This document shows, in pieces, positions 10,345 through 21,480 of a DNA stretch of 64,000 nt. The translations under genes and the position numbers were made by a program. The notes below the pieces were generated by a model that was not told where the DNA came from, made no database searches, and worked only from the letters and a program-made list of their open reading frames with translations. The DNA comes from an uncultured Clostridia bacterium. GTDB taxonomy: Bacteria; Bacillota; Clostridia; Christensenellales; CALVMC01. Location of the stretch: positions 88,708 through 152,707 of the forward strand of contig CALVMC010000003.1 of NCBI GenBank assembly GCA_944342015.1, written 5' to 3'. Within the stretch, counting starts at the first letter, position 1. Every line of letters starts with the position of its first letter.

Positions 10345-10738
10345 TTTATCTCCCTGCGTATATTATAATACGAATTAGGATTTTAAGTCAATACCGTTAC
10401 AAATTTTTTAAATATTTTTCGATTACTTCTGAATTTACGATTAAACACTCGATAAATAAAATTTTTTTAAAGCTCTGAAACTTTATTTAATTTTTTAACC
10501 GAAACAGTAGTTATAGCTATAAATTAATTTTCGAAAATAATAAAAAAATAATAAAAACTATAAATATTTTTATTATCGTTTACTAAAAAATCTCTTAAAA
10601 AATATTAATCTTGAATTATTATCGTTTAAAGCTACGAAATAAAATTGCAGAAAAAATATAGATCTTGTATTAATTATAGGTTTCCACTTTTTGTTTACAA
10701 AAAAAAGTAACCTTGTTAAAATAAATTAAGGTGAAACA

Positions 10739-11449
10739 ATGGATTTAATTAAAGAAGAATGGACTTTAAACGACATTGGTAAGTTCGAACAATACCTTGA
10801 AACTTTTAAACAAAGCGAAGACAAAATCAAAAGAACTTCAAGCATTTTATGCACCGGTTACAGAGTGCTTGCCATACCCACCCTTACCCTTAAAAAAATA
10901 GCGAAAGAGATTTTAAAAGGCAACTTTCAAAGTTTTTTAAATCTTAAAATTTATTCGACATATGAAAGCATAGCGATATCGGGGTTTATTATTTCGAATA
11001 TAAAAGATTTTGAACTTTTGGAAAAATATCTTTCCGAATATTCAAAGAAAGCGGACTGCTGGGCGCTGTGCGATTTATTTTCATTTAATGTAAAGGGAAA
11101 AGAAAATTCCTTTTTAAATCTTTCAAAAAGGTTAATCTACTCTGACTTGCCTTTTGAGAGAAGAATAGGTTACAGAATTTTGTTCCGTTTTATCGACACA
11201 AATCTGCCCTTTATATTTGACGCCGTAAACGGAAGTTTTAATGAAAAAGAATATTATGTAAATATGATAATAGCCTGGCTTCTTTGCGAATGTTTTATAA
11301 AACGAAAAAAAGAAACGACAGACTTTATACTTAAAAACCGACTTAATGACTTTGTAAAAAATAAATTCATTCAAAAATGCAGAGAAAGTTACAGAGTATC
11401 CGAACAGAATAAGGAATTTTTACTGTCATTAAAAAAACAAAGTCAATAA
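10739..11449 (+). CDS. DNA alkylation repair protein (AlkD-like HEAT-repeat glycosylase)
   Basis: DCWALCD, ERRIG, EYYVNMIIAWLLCE, IQKCRESYRV motifs. Confidence 0.85.
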   Translation: MDLIKEEWTLNDIGKFEQYLETFKQSEDKIKRTSSILCTGYRVLAIPTLTLKKIAKEILKGNFQSFLNLKIYSTYESIAISGFIISNIKDFELLEKYLSEYSKKADCWALCDLFSFNVKGKENSFLNLSKRLIYSDLPFERRIGYRILFRFIDTNLPFIFDAVNGSFNEKEYYVNMIIAWLLCECFIKRKKETTDFILKNRLNDFVKNKFIQKCRESYRVSEQNKEFLLSLKKQSQ

Positions 11450-11545
11450 CTTTTGTCAATTTTTTTTCAACTGAATTTACGATAAAACATTTTGTTTTAA
11501 ACTTTTAAAACCATTTATTAAACTTAGAATAAGATATAACCAATT

Positions 11546-11582
11546 AATAAAGCAATCTGCCAAAAAGGCAGATTGCTTTATT
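11546..11582. terminator. Intrinsic terminator, probably bidirectional
   Basis: Perfect 16-bp stem AATAAAGCAATCTGCC-AAAAA-GGCAGATTGCTTTATT between convergent genes. Confidence 0.8.
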
Positions 11583-11595
11583 TGAATATCGATTA

Positions 11596-11937
11596 TTATT
11601 TTTTCTTTTCCTGACGGCGCTTGTCGTTTATTACGGTAAGAGCTTGTTCGTCTATCAGAGTTATTCCTTCGCTTTTTGCAATCACGGAATTTATTGAGTT
11701 AACTTCATTAAGCCAACATTCAATTTCAATTTTATTATCAGTATTACATTCATAAAAATCACAAAAATCAAAAATATCATCATTGTAATTTCCGTTAAAA
11801 AGCAAATTTATTGCACTTGCTATATTTGATTTGCCACTACCGTTTGAGCCAAATAAAATATTAAAATCTTTATTAGGTTTCCAATCCAAATCTTTAATAT
11901 TCCTAAAGTTTTTTATTTTAATTTTATACAAATACAT
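11596..11937 (-). pseudogene. N-terminal fragment of an OLD-family/AAA_15 ATP-dependent nuclease joined to an unrelated short tail
   Basis: IKIKNFRNI, Walker A GSNGSGKS, DFY...IEIE; only 113 aa, with no Walker B or TOPRIM domain. Confidence 0.7.
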
Positions 11938-12229
11938 AAATTATATCTTTCTCCTTTCGTTTTTTAGTAATAAATCACATACAATATATTCTCAATTATT
12001 TCATTGCAAAATTTGTTTGATAGTTTTAATTGTTTACCAATATTTAGCAAATCTTCTTTTGTTGGATTGGCGTTTCCGTTGACTGTCATTTCGTGTAATA
12101 TTGGATTTAATGAAAAAACTTAAATAATCAAGTATCTCTATTTTACAAGGTTAATTATTTCCTTAAATCGTTTACAATACAATTTTATAATCATAAAAAT
12201 TAAAATCCGATATTATAACTGTTTTTTAC

Positions 12230-13162
12230 TTAATTTTTCTTTTGTTTAGCTTTAATAAGCTTTTCTTTTTTATTTAAGTTCAAGGCTGCAATAACTATAA
12301 ATACAGAAAGCACAATCAAAGTGCAGGAAAACAATATTACAAACATCGATAACGGTTTTATTTCATTTCCGAAAACAACATATTTAAAATCAAAACTTTC
12401 CGAAATTGCGTCCACCATTTGTTCGGGCAATACATTGCCCATTTCCGAAATTACTTTATTCATAAAATTCTGTCTGAAAAAAAGCGTCGAATATGTGCCG
12501 GGAATAAATGCGGTTACCGATTTCATTGCATCGCCCATCATATTTATCGGCATATACGCACCGCAGATAAATCCGTACATTGCGGATACCAAAGTACAAA
12601 CTCCGCTTACCGCTCCCTGCGAATTCGTAAAACTCCATACTATATTGGCAAGAAGTGTCCCGAAAAGAGCTGTTACTACAATATTGACAACAGCAAGCAA
12701 AATATCGGTAAAAGTGAGATAAAATCCGACTACCGCAAGATATATAAGTCCTATGACAAGAAGAACTAGACAAATAATTATAGTCGCAACAAGGTTTGCA
12801 AGTACATACCCTATCTGTAATGTCGTCTTTTTTACGGGGCAGACGGCAAAATCAAAATTTACCTTATTTATTTTGTCGAGTACCGTTATCCCCGAACAAA
12901 ACGCAACCGTTATACAAGAAGTCGCAAGCACCGACGATATCAGCCAGCCGCCAATAAGACCGTCTATCAGTTTTTTATCGAGAGTCAGACTTCCTACTAT
13001 GTTCAAAATAGTGTCTTCGTAAACGCTTTTTAAAAAGGTTACGAATAATATAAGCAATATCAAAGGGGTTATTAAAGATACGAAAAAAGTGAATTTATCC
13101 TTGAAATATATCTTTATGTTCCGTACCGTAAAATACATTAATTTTTTGAGCTCGCTTTTCAT
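12230..13162 (-). CDS. ABC-2 type exporter permease
   Basis: Six hydrophobic segments, GFICGAYMP, FIPGTY; overlaps the ATPase gene. Confidence 0.88.
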   Translation of the reverse strand: MKSELKKLMYFTVRNIKIYFKDKFTFFVSLITPLILLILFVTFLKSVYEDTILNIVGSLTLDKKLIDGLIGGWLISSVLATSCITVAFCSGITVLDKINKVNFDFAVCPVKKTTLQIGYVLANLVATIIICLVLLVIGLIYLAVVGFYLTFTDILLAVVNIVVTALFGTLLANIVWSFTNSQGAVSGVCTLVSAMYGFICGAYMPINMMGDAMKSVTAFIPGTYSTLFFRQNFMNKVISEMGNVLPEQMVDAISESFDFKYVVFGNEIKPLSMFVILFSCTLIVLSVFIVIAALNLNKKEKLIKAKQKKN

Positions 13163-14073
13163 CTTAACTCCTTAATATCCCGCCCTGTGACATTTAAAAA
13201 TACATCGTCCATTTTGCCTTTAATAACTTCAAAATCCGTTATCATTTTTTCATTTTCCATAAGAAAATTCTTGGCGGACAAGGTATCTTTAAATTCTATT
13301 TGTATAAACTCTCTGTTTTTTATATATATTAAATCATGGCTTTTTAAAACTTCGATAAGTTTATAATCGTATCCGTATATCTTCATATAATCGCTTGCGT
13401 ACTCGTTTTTTAGCTGTGTGGGCGTTCCTGTCGCAACGATTTTGCCCGATTCCATAATGGCAACATAATCCGCTTCCGACGCTTCTTCCATATAATGGGT
13501 AGTTAAAAGTACGGTGAGCCTGTCAGATTTTCTGAGCTGTGAGATAAGCGTCCAGACTAATTTCCTCGTTTGCGGGTCAAGCCCCGTGGTAGGCTCGTCC
13601 AGAATAAGTAATTTGGGCTTATGTATGAGCGCCCTTGCGATATCGGCTTTCCTTTTTTGGCCGCCGCTGAGCTTTTCGAAGGTTTTTTTGAGTATGTTTT
13701 TCATATCGAGAGCTTCGGTTAAAAAATCAAGATTTTTATCGAACTCTTCTTTCATAATACCGTAAAGAGCCGCCCTGTATCTTAAATTCTCCAAAACCGT
13801 AAGCTTGTTATCGAGAACGGAAGACTGAAAGACAATTCCTATTTCAGGTAAGATTTTTTCAATATCGTCAACCGATTTTGAGTTAACGATACATTCTCCG
13901 CTGTCCTTTTTGAGAATACCGATAATTATATTTATAGTAGTACTCTTTCCCGCCCCGTTAAGTCCTAAAAATGCAAAAAGCTGTCCTTCTTTTACACTGA
14001 AAGAAATATCATCGACAGCTTTCACTTCTCCGAAATATTTTTTTAAGTTTTTTATCTCGATAACTTTGTCCAT
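13159..14073 (-). CDS. ABC exporter ATP-binding subunit
   Basis: GLNGAGKST, LSGGQ, LILDEPTTGLDP, TTHYMEEA. Confidence 0.95.
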   Translation of the reverse strand: MDKVIEIKNLKKYFGEVKAVDDISFSVKEGQLFAFLGLNGAGKSTTINIIIGILKKDSGECIVNSKSVDDIEKILPEIGIVFQSSVLDNKLTVLENLRYRAALYGIMKEEFDKNLDFLTEALDMKNILKKTFEKLSGGQKRKADIARALIHKPKLLILDEPTTGLDPQTRKLVWTLISQLRKSDRLTVLLTTHYMEEASEADYVAIMESGKIVATGTPTQLKNEYASDYMKIYGYDYKLIEVLKSHDLIYIKNREFIQIEFKDTLSAKNFLMENEKMITDFEVIKGKMDDVFLNVTGRDIKELR

Positions 14074-14154
14074 ATTGATTTAAAAATATTATATTTAATT
14101 ACTGTTTGTCAAATGTTAAAAAATACAAAAAATAAATTTAATAAATAAACGATT

Positions 14155-15717
14155 TTAATTTTTATCAACGGAAACTTTTTCTTCAACTTTTTTTTCGGTT
14201 TCATTGTTTATTGCAGTACCGTTTTTATCGATTTTATTATCGGAAACCTTTTCTTTACTTTCTCTTTTGAATATATTTATAGCAAGTTTGATTATTTCGT
14301 TTTTTGAAAGCAATAAAGCAATTATATAAAAAACTCCGAAACATAAAACGCTTATTATAAAGTTCCATAAACTGCCCAAATCAAGAACGCATTTTAAAAT
14401 TAAAAGCATAGGAACAGTCAGTAAAAAAATATATATTATGGTTTTGATATTTATGTTCTTAATAAACTCTTTTCTTTCTTTTCCTATAATTATAAATTGA
14501 TAGAGAAAAACAGAAAATTCCGCTACAAGCGTTCCTATTGCCGTACCTTCTATTCCTATAAAATAAATTAAAGAAGCATTCAATACGACATCGACTACGG
14601 CTCCTATTAGAGTGCTGAACATAACATGTTTTTCTTTCCCGAGCGGAACTAAATACTGAATACCTATAAGATTAGAAAGTCCTATCAGTAAAATAGTAGG
14701 AAGAAGTATTTGCATAGAAGTAATGGAACCTGCATAATTATCCCCTAAAAACAGCAGCACCGAATCGGCTGCGTAAAACTCGAAATAAATAATACTGGGA
14801 ACTGCAAGAACTAAAACTATATTTACAGCCTTTCTTATTATATTAAAAAATTCCTCTTTCCTTCCCTGACTTATATAGTATGATAATCTTGGCAAAAGTA
14901 CCGCACCGATAGAAATAATTACAGTGGAAATAATATGACAAATCTTATAACTTGCACTGTATAGACCGACAGCCTCGTCATTAAGCATAAATCCTATCAT
15001 TACTCTGTCTATGTTTGTATAAATTGTAGTTGATAATGTAAAACAGAAAAAAATCAATAAAGGCAATATGTGCTTTTTTAAATTATAATTTTTTTGAGGT
15101 TTAAAATAAAAATATTTTTTAAGATAAAAAACATTAGTAACATTGCTTAAAAATGTGGAAGCCGAAACTATAACTGCATAAATCAATAAATCGTCCCTGT
15201 TTTTAACGAAAATGAAAATAAGTATTAAATTTAAAATATTAAATATAAGACTTTTTATACTTATAAAAGCATACTGTTCCATAGCAGAACAAAGCCAGCT
15301 CATCCCGAAAGTCTGACTGAATAATCCTATTGCGATAACTGCGGCTGTAATTATGTTGTTGTTGATTTTTTCAATAAAAAACATGCAACAAATCAAACAG
15401 ATTATCGCAATCAATGTGCTTATTGAGGTTAAAATTAAAATTTCGTGTACTGTTTTGGTAAGTTCGATTTTATTGTCTCTGTTTACTGCGCAGGCTTTTA
15501 TCGCATATGTAGAAACACCCAACATCGCAAACATTGAAAAATAACCGATAAAGGAATTTAAAAAATCATAAATACCCGTTCCTTCCGGCAGAAGTACTCT
15601 GCTTATATAAGGAAAGGTAATTATGGGAATTATTATTTGAGACAAGGTAAGAATGACATTAAATATTACATTTCTTCCGAGTCTGCCGCTTTTAACCACA
15701 TTATCAGTTTTGTTCAA
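14155..15717 (-). CDS. wzx: Wzx-type polysaccharide flippase
   Basis: NVIFN...IITFPYISRVLLPEGTG, NIDRVMIG, GLYS; about 12-14 TM helices; last gene of the locus. Confidence 0.9.
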   Translation of the reverse strand: MNKTDNVVKSGRLGRNVIFNVILTLSQIIIPIITFPYISRVLLPEGTGIYDFLNSFIGYFSMFAMLGVSTYAIKACAVNRDNKIELTKTVHEILILTSISTLIAIICLICCMFFIEKINNNIITAAVIAIGLFSQTFGMSWLCSAMEQYAFISIKSLIFNILNLILIFIFVKNRDDLLIYAVIVSASTFLSNVTNVFYLKKYFYFKPQKNYNLKKHILPLLIFFCFTLSTTIYTNIDRVMIGFMLNDEAVGLYSASYKICHIISTVIISIGAVLLPRLSYYISQGRKEEFFNIIRKAVNIVLVLAVPSIIYFEFYAADSVLLFLGDNYAGSITSMQILLPTILLIGLSNLIGIQYLVPLGKEKHVMFSTLIGAVVDVVLNASLIYFIGIEGTAIGTLVAEFSVFLYQFIIIGKERKEFIKNINIKTIIYIFLLTVPMLLILKCVLDLGSLWNFIISVLCFGVFYIIALLLSKNEIIKLAINIFKRESKEKVSDNKIDKNGTAINNETEKKVEEKVSVDKN

Positions 15718-16726
15718 TTATTTTTAAAGCCTTTTCTACGGCGCTTTTTAAAAACTCGCCGTTCTTTATTTTATTGTTTATTATAGAAATATTTTTAAGC
15801 ATTTCATTGTATTGCTTTTCGTCGATATTTTTTAATATTCCCACGGCGTCATCAAGATTTTTAACCGCTATACCTATTTTATTATCGGATACAAATTTAG
15901 CCGTTGCCGCATCTTTCCATATTATTACCGGTATCTTTGCGGCAATATATAAAGAGAGCTTGTGAGGATTATTATATCTTAAATATTCCCCCGTTATACC
16001 GTTGCAAGTGTCTGCGCTGTCACCGTCCCATAAAAGTGCGAACTTCCCGTCTAAAACGGAAACAATTTTGTCGGAATCATAAGCACCCAAATATTTTATA
16101 TTTTCATTTAAAATCAGACTTTCACTTTTTACCCCGTACAGTTTAACACCGTAATCGATTAAGTTTTGAGGTATATTCCTTATAAATCCGCTTTTATCAA
16201 TATTCCCTGCAAAACAGATACCTTGACTTTTAGGTTGATTGTTTTCATCGCTGTAAAGGTAATCAAAAAGATTAAGTTCAACAAATTCAGTATTTACAAC
16301 ACCCATTTTTTTTATCTTTTCAGTCATAAAAACATTGTGGGTAATCAAGACATTGAAAAAATTGAGATTAGATATTTCTTCATTTTCGTTTATGTTTTCT
16401 CTGAACCGCAAACTTTCTATATCGTGAATAATCGCAACTGTTTTGAATTTAGACTTAAATGCCTTTAACAGTTTTACAACCTTTCTGCAAGGATACTGAA
16501 CAATGATAACGGTATTTCTTTTTAAAAAACTTAATTTAAAAAATAATAGAGCATAATTAATAAGTTTATATAATTTCGATTTATCGTCCTTTACGGTAAA
16601 CGAAATATCTATATCTTTAAAATTTAACCTGTCAATAATATCGCAAGCGTCCTTACGGGCTTTAAATCCTGCGTTGAAATTTTCTTTACCGTAATCTTTG
16701 AGAAATATTATTGGTTTCAACATCAT
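15704..16726 (-). CDS. Glycosyltransferase, galactofuranosyltransferase-like
   Basis: NAGFKARKD, IHDIESLR, FAGNIDKS, LLWDGDS...YLRYNNPHKLSLY. Confidence 0.82.
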   Translation of the reverse strand: MMLKPIIFLKDYGKENFNAGFKARKDACDIIDRLNFKDIDISFTVKDDKSKLYKLINYALLFFKLSFLKRNTVIIVQYPCRKVVKLLKAFKSKFKTVAIIHDIESLRFRENINENEEISNLNFFNVLITHNVFMTEKIKKMGVVNTEFVELNLFDYLYSDENNQPKSQGICFAGNIDKSGFIRNIPQNLIDYGVKLYGVKSESLILNENIKYLGAYDSDKIVSVLDGKFALLWDGDSADTCNGITGEYLRYNNPHKLSLYIAAKIPVIIWKDAATAKFVSDNKIGIAVKNLDDAVGILKNIDEKQYNEMLKNISIINNKIKNGEFLKSAVEKALKIIEQN

Positions 16727-16729
16727 AAT

Positions 16730-17827
16730 TTAACCTATATAATCAATTAATGATTTATCTAAAAAAAGATTTTCATAGTTTTTTATACATTTTTTAAGAC
16801 TAAATTCTTTTGATAAGTTTATTGATTTTTGTGATAGATTTTCAACATTATTAAGATTTGATATTTTAATTATGTTGTTTGCCAATCCTTCTTCGTCGCC
16901 TATATCGCACAAAAATCCATTTTCCCCTTCTTTAACCAAATCTACTATTCCGCCCGCTTTTGTTGAGACTATTGGAAGACCGTTTGCCATTGCTTCAATC
17001 ATACTTAAAGGCAACCCTTCATAATCAGAAGACATTAAAAAACAATCAGCGTCATCAAGATACTTTTCTACTTTATCAACATTTCCCATAAATCTGATGC
17101 TGCTTCCTAAACCTTTTATATCAGATAACTTTTCAATTTCTGTTCTTTTTTCTCCGTCACCTAAAATTGTAAGTGTTATATAATTATTCAACTGCTTTGC
17201 TTTAGCAAATGCTTTAATCATTAATTCATAATTTTTTTGAGGAGAAAACCTTCCTATAGCAATAAAGTTATTTGCTTTTTTTCGCAACTTATTATGACAG
17301 TAAGTATTTAAATCTACCCCATTATAAATTTTTATAACATTTTCTTTTTTTAAATTATAATTTTTAATAATAGAATCATATACCGTATCACTAATTGCTA
17401 CAGGCTTAACATTGCGATAACAATACAGCCATTTCATTACTTTTTTATGTCTTTTATCTAATTCCTTATCAGCCATATTATGAACAGTATGGAAAACTTT
17501 CTTTTTTTTATTAAAAAATATATACGGCAATAAATATAAGCAACTATACAAATGTGTATGAATAACATCTGGATTAATTTTATTTAATACTTTTGCAACT
17601 TTTAAAAAAAATGAAAAAGAAAAACCTTTGGATTTATTAAGCGTTATAATATTAACTCCATTGTTTTTTAATGTCTTATAATACTTACTTTCAAAATCAT
17701 TGTAATATAATAATAAAGTTAAATCGAATTTTTCTTTATTATAATTATTACATAAATCAAACACTAACTTTTCTGCTCCGCCATTTCCTAAATTAGGAAT
17801 TATTTCTATTAGTTTAACTTTTTTCAT
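16730..17827 (-). CDS. GT4 family glycosyltransferase
   Basis: GGAEK, PDVIHTH, IYNGVD, GRFSPQKN, EGLPLSMIEAM. Confidence 0.92.
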   Translation of the reverse strand: MKKVKLIEIIPNLGNGGAEKLVFDLCNNYNKEKFDLTLLLYYNDFESKYYKTLKNNGVNIITLNKSKGFSFSFFLKVAKVLNKINPDVIHTHLYSCLYLLPYIFFNKKKKVFHTVHNMADKELDKRHKKVMKWLYCYRNVKPVAISDTVYDSIIKNYNLKKENVIKIYNGVDLNTYCHNKLRKKANNFIAIGRFSPQKNYELMIKAFAKAKQLNNYITLTILGDGEKRTEIEKLSDIKGLGSSIRFMGNVDKVEKYLDDADCFLMSSDYEGLPLSMIEAMANGLPIVSTKAGGIVDLVKEGENGFLCDIGDEEGLANNIIKISNLNNVENLSQKSINLSKEFSLKKCIKNYENLFLDKSLIDYIG

Positions 17828-17836
17828 ATTATTCTC

Positions 17837-19144
17837 TTATTCATTATTGTTAATATTATTATACAACAAAGTATATTTCTTGTCCAAATTTAATACATGA
17901 CAAGTGTTTTTTTTCGGTATTACCTGACTTAATGAATATCCAAGAATTATCGAACCTATATAGTTAGTAAAAATAGGAATTGCTAAACCTAAAAGTAAAT
18001 ATATTAAAACAAATGCCACTGTTAAAATATCTTTCTTTTTATTAGCCCGATATAATACATAGAACGGAACCGCTAAATACATAAAAAGTCCTATTATTCC
18101 CGTAGAATGTAATGCATCGAAATAAGCACTATCTCCAACAAATTCACCTTCTATAGAAGATACTCCAACACCAAAGAAAGGATTTCTTTTTATTATTTCT
18201 ATAATGTCATTTAAATTCCCTTCTTCACCGTATCTTGTTTCGAAAATTGACAAAGGATTTTTGAAAAAACTCAAATAATAATTCAGTGTATTGTTAGTAA
18301 AAGATAATTTTATAATCAAAAACATTATAACAATACTAAATAAAATAAGTATAGAAGTCTTTATAAAAAAATTATTAAATTTTTTGTTAAATAAAACATA
18401 TATATATATAAATAAAATTATAAAAACATAGCCAAAATAAACACTTTTAGTATACGAAAATATAGATAACACGGTACTTAATATAAATCCAATAAACCAT
18501 TTTAATGATTTTTTTTCTGTTAGCCATAAATAAAAATACAAAGCATCACATACCAATAAAATAATACTTAAATACAATGGTGTTGAAAAAGTTCCAAAAG
18601 GTCTTGAAAATTTACCAATAGCGACCATTTCTTCTAAAGGAGTAAGTCCTTCTCTCCAATAAAGCTTATAAAACAAATTTACACTGCCATCAAAATTAAA
18701 CTGTATAATGCAAGCAAAGGCATTAATTATTAAAACTAATGAAAATATTATTATTAATTTTTTAAGTCCGTTTTTTCTAAAAAAAATTCTATAAAGGAAC
18801 ATTGCTCCAAACAACCTGACAATTCCCAATATACCAATATAATTAAAATCTATTGAATATATAAAAGAGGAAATTAATGTCATAATAACCGAAACAAATA
18901 AAATTGCGAACAAATAAAAATCGACTATAATAATTTTCTCATTAATAAATAAACTTTTCCTATCAAAAATTAACCATGCAAATATCAATAAAAAAGTAGC
19001 CGGAACTTCATATGATAAATTAAAGAAATTCGGTCCAATTAAAATAAAGATAATTGATAAAATAGTCCCTTTTTCTAAATTTCTTATTAATGATATTCCC
19101 TGTACTCCTAACATGCACAGTGCTATTGCAGATGCAATCATCAT
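17837..19144 (-). CDS. wzy: Wzy-type polysaccharide polymerase
   Basis: Highly hydrophobic, very AT-rich, RPFGTF loop, NPFFGVG; located among glycosyltransferases. Confidence 0.75.
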   Translation of the reverse strand: MMIASAIALCMLGVQGISLIRNLEKGTILSIIFILIGPNFFNLSYEVPATFLLIFAWLIFDRKSLFINEKIIIVDFYLFAILFVSVIMTLISSFIYSIDFNYIGILGIVRLFGAMFLYRIFFRKNGLKKLIIIFSLVLIINAFACIIQFNFDGSVNLFYKLYWREGLTPLEEMVAIGKFSRPFGTFSTPLYLSIILLVCDALYFYLWLTEKKSLKWFIGFILSTVLSIFSYTKSVYFGYVFIILFIYIYVLFNKKFNNFFIKTSILILFSIVIMFLIIKLSFTNNTLNYYLSFFKNPLSIFETRYGEEGNLNDIIEIIKRNPFFGVGVSSIEGEFVGDSAYFDALHSTGIIGLFMYLAVPFYVLYRANKKKDILTVAFVLIYLLLGLAIPIFTNYIGSIILGYSLSQVIPKKNTCHVLNLDKKYTLLYNNINNNE

Positions 19145-20385
19145 TTTCCCTTTTTGGCAATTTTATTTAAGCATTTAGAAAATTCTTCGATAGTTTTTAT
19201 CGAAAATTTTTCTTCGAATATTTCACTTACTTCATTGCGCCTATTTATTATGTCTTTTAAATCCATGTTAGCAAAATTAATTATCGCTTCGGCAAATTCT
19301 GTTGCCCCGGCATCTTCTTTAAGAAGGAAATTTGTATTGTTTCCACAATTGATTTCTCGAATCCCGCCTACATCTCTTGTAATTGCTGGGATTCCAAATG
19401 AGTATGCTTCCATTATTGTAACGGGAATACCTTCTGTATCAGAACAATTAATAAATAAATCTATATAATTGTTTTTATAAAAATTTAAAATACTTTCATT
19501 ATTTAAATTTCCCATAAATTCGAAAGTAATATTTTTTTTGCTGCTTAGTTTTTGTTGTGCAAGTTTTTTAATTTCTTCTAATTTTTCTCCACTACCTATA
19601 TGCAACCAATTAATATTAATCGAATCTATTTGAAACAAAGCATTTATTATAATATCAAGCCTTTTTAAATCAATAACATTTGAACAACTTACTATTTTTA
19701 AAGTATTATTTTCTTGAATTTTAATATTAGTTAATTTTCTATTTAATCCTAAATACGCAACTTTTAAATCACATTTATTTTGTAAGTCCTGATAAAAAGT
19801 TCTTTCGTAATAATTTTTACCATCTTCTGAAATAAAACAAATTGTGTCGACATTATCACCTATAAATTTTCTGTAAACAAGTATATAATCATTTCTGATA
19901 TAACAATCAAAACCATGCGATCGAGTTATGAACGGACAGTTTATTTTTTTATCGAATTTCAATTTAGCAACTGCATAGGCTTTAGAACTCATCCAATATG
20001 TATAAACTAAATCAGCATCTTTACCTTCTTTTTTTATAATATTTTTTAATAAAAAATAAACATAGTTATAAATAAATAACTGCTTATAAATTTTTATTCT
20101 TGAAGCATTTTTATAATATTTTTTACATTCTTTGAAAGCCTGTCTACCCGACTTATTAAACAATGCAAATAAAGCATTAAATGCCTTAAAAATTTTAAAT
20201 TTTTTTTGATTTATTTTAACTACCTTCAAATTAGCAGGAATATCTTCTCTTAATTTTCCGTCTCCTGTTGAAATAATCGTTATGTTATCAAATTTCTCTG
20301 CGAGAGCATAAATCTCGTTTTGAATAAAACAATTATCTCCCAAGTTCCCAAACGGATAATTAGATGTTAATAGTAATAATTTCAT
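19141..20385 (-). CDS. GT4 family glycosyltransferase
   Basis: RSHGFD, KRLD, EGIPVTIMEAYSFGIPAITRDVGG. Confidence 0.9.
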   Translation of the reverse strand: MKLLLLTSNYPFGNLGDNCFIQNEIYALAEKFDNITIISTGDGKLREDIPANLKVVKINQKKFKIFKAFNALFALFNKSGRQAFKECKKYYKNASRIKIYKQLFIYNYVYFLLKNIIKKEGKDADLVYTYWMSSKAYAVAKLKFDKKINCPFITRSHGFDCYIRNDYILVYRKFIGDNVDTICFISEDGKNYYERTFYQDLQNKCDLKVAYLGLNRKLTNIKIQENNTLKIVSCSNVIDLKRLDIIINALFQIDSININWLHIGSGEKLEEIKKLAQQKLSSKKNITFEFMGNLNNESILNFYKNNYIDLFINCSDTEGIPVTIMEAYSFGIPAITRDVGGIREINCGNNTNFLLKEDAGATEFAEAIINFANMDLKDIINRRNEVSEIFEEKFSIKTIEEFSKCLNKIAKKGK

Positions 20386-21464
20386 TTATCGTATTCTCCG
20401 ACAAAATCAAGAGTCGAACAGTTTTTTAACGGAAGCTTTACGGGCTTTCCTTCAAAGGAGGATTTATATACGGCAAGTACGAGTTCTAATGCCTTTCTGC
20501 CTTCTTCCGCCCCTATATAAGGTTGTCTGTCGCTTAATATTGCGCTTTCCATATCTTTAAAAAGACTTGTATGTCCGTTTCCGTAAACATTGCTTGTTTC
20601 TTCAAAAAAGCCTTTATACTGAGTATCGTTTTCGCTTTCGCCTTTAAAATCCCATATATCTATTGCGTTTGTGGATTTTCCGCCGAGTTTAACCGTTCCG
20701 TTCTCTCCGAACAGATATAGCGTTTCTTCAAGATTTTTAGGATAAACGTTAGTCGTTCCCTCAATGGTTCCTACTGCGCCGTTTTTGAATTTCACAACCG
20801 CCATACCGATATCTTCGCATTCTATGTATTTATGAAATTGCCTTTTTGTAACTCCGTAAACTTCTTCGATTTCTCCGCCCATCATCCAACGAAGCAAATC
20901 TATTCCGTGAATACATTGATTCATAAGCGCACCGCCGTCCTGAGTCCATGTTCCGCGCCATTTCGCCTGGTCGTAATAATCTTTGTTTCTGTTCCACCTG
21001 ACATGGATCGAACCGTGGGAAATTTTCCCGAATCTTCCTTCTTCCAAAGCCTTTCTCATTTGCTGAACGGCTATATTGAATCTGTTCTGATGACAAGCGC
21101 AAACCTTTACATTTTTTTCCTTGCTTTTTTCGATAATCATGTCTGCGTCTTTCAGACTTAATGCGATAGGTTTTTCGATAATAATGTTTACATTCTTTTC
21201 TATACAATCAAGAGCGATTTTTGCGTGCTTTCCGCTTTCGGTGGCTATCGAAACAAGTTCTATTTCAGGATGCTGAGAAAGCATTTTATTATAATCCGTA
21301 TATCTTGCGATATGCTTTGCTCCGTCGGAAAAATGTTTCGATAAAACTTCTTCCATATGATTGGAAACAATATCGCAAACAGCAACGATTTCAAAACCGT
21401 TTTCTTTTGCGGCTTTTATATGATTTGTGGAAATCCTTCCGCATCCGATAAGAGCGTATTTCAT
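20382..21464 (-). CDS. Gfo/Idh/MocA oxidoreductase, WbpB/WlbA-like UDP-GlcNAcA 3-dehydrogenase
   Basis: IGCGRIS, EKPIAL, QNRFN, WRGTWTQDGGALMNQCIH, NVYGNGH; context with wbpA/D/E-like genes. Confidence 0.85.
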   Translation of the reverse strand: MKYALIGCGRISTNHIKAAKENGFEIVAVCDIVSNHMEEVLSKHFSDGAKHIARYTDYNKMLSQHPEIELVSIATESGKHAKIALDCIEKNVNIIIEKPIALSLKDADMIIEKSKEKNVKVCACHQNRFNIAVQQMRKALEEGRFGKISHGSIHVRWNRNKDYYDQAKWRGTWTQDGGALMNQCIHGIDLLRWMMGGEIEEVYGVTKRQFHKYIECEDIGMAVVKFKNGAVGTIEGTTNVYPKNLEETLYLFGENGTVKLGGKSTNAIDIWDFKGESENDTQYKGFFEETSNVYGNGHTSLFKDMESAILSDRQPYIGAEEGRKALELVLAVYKSSFEGKPVKLPLKNCSTLDFVGEYDK

Positions 21465-21480
21465 AAATTCTCCTTCAAAA

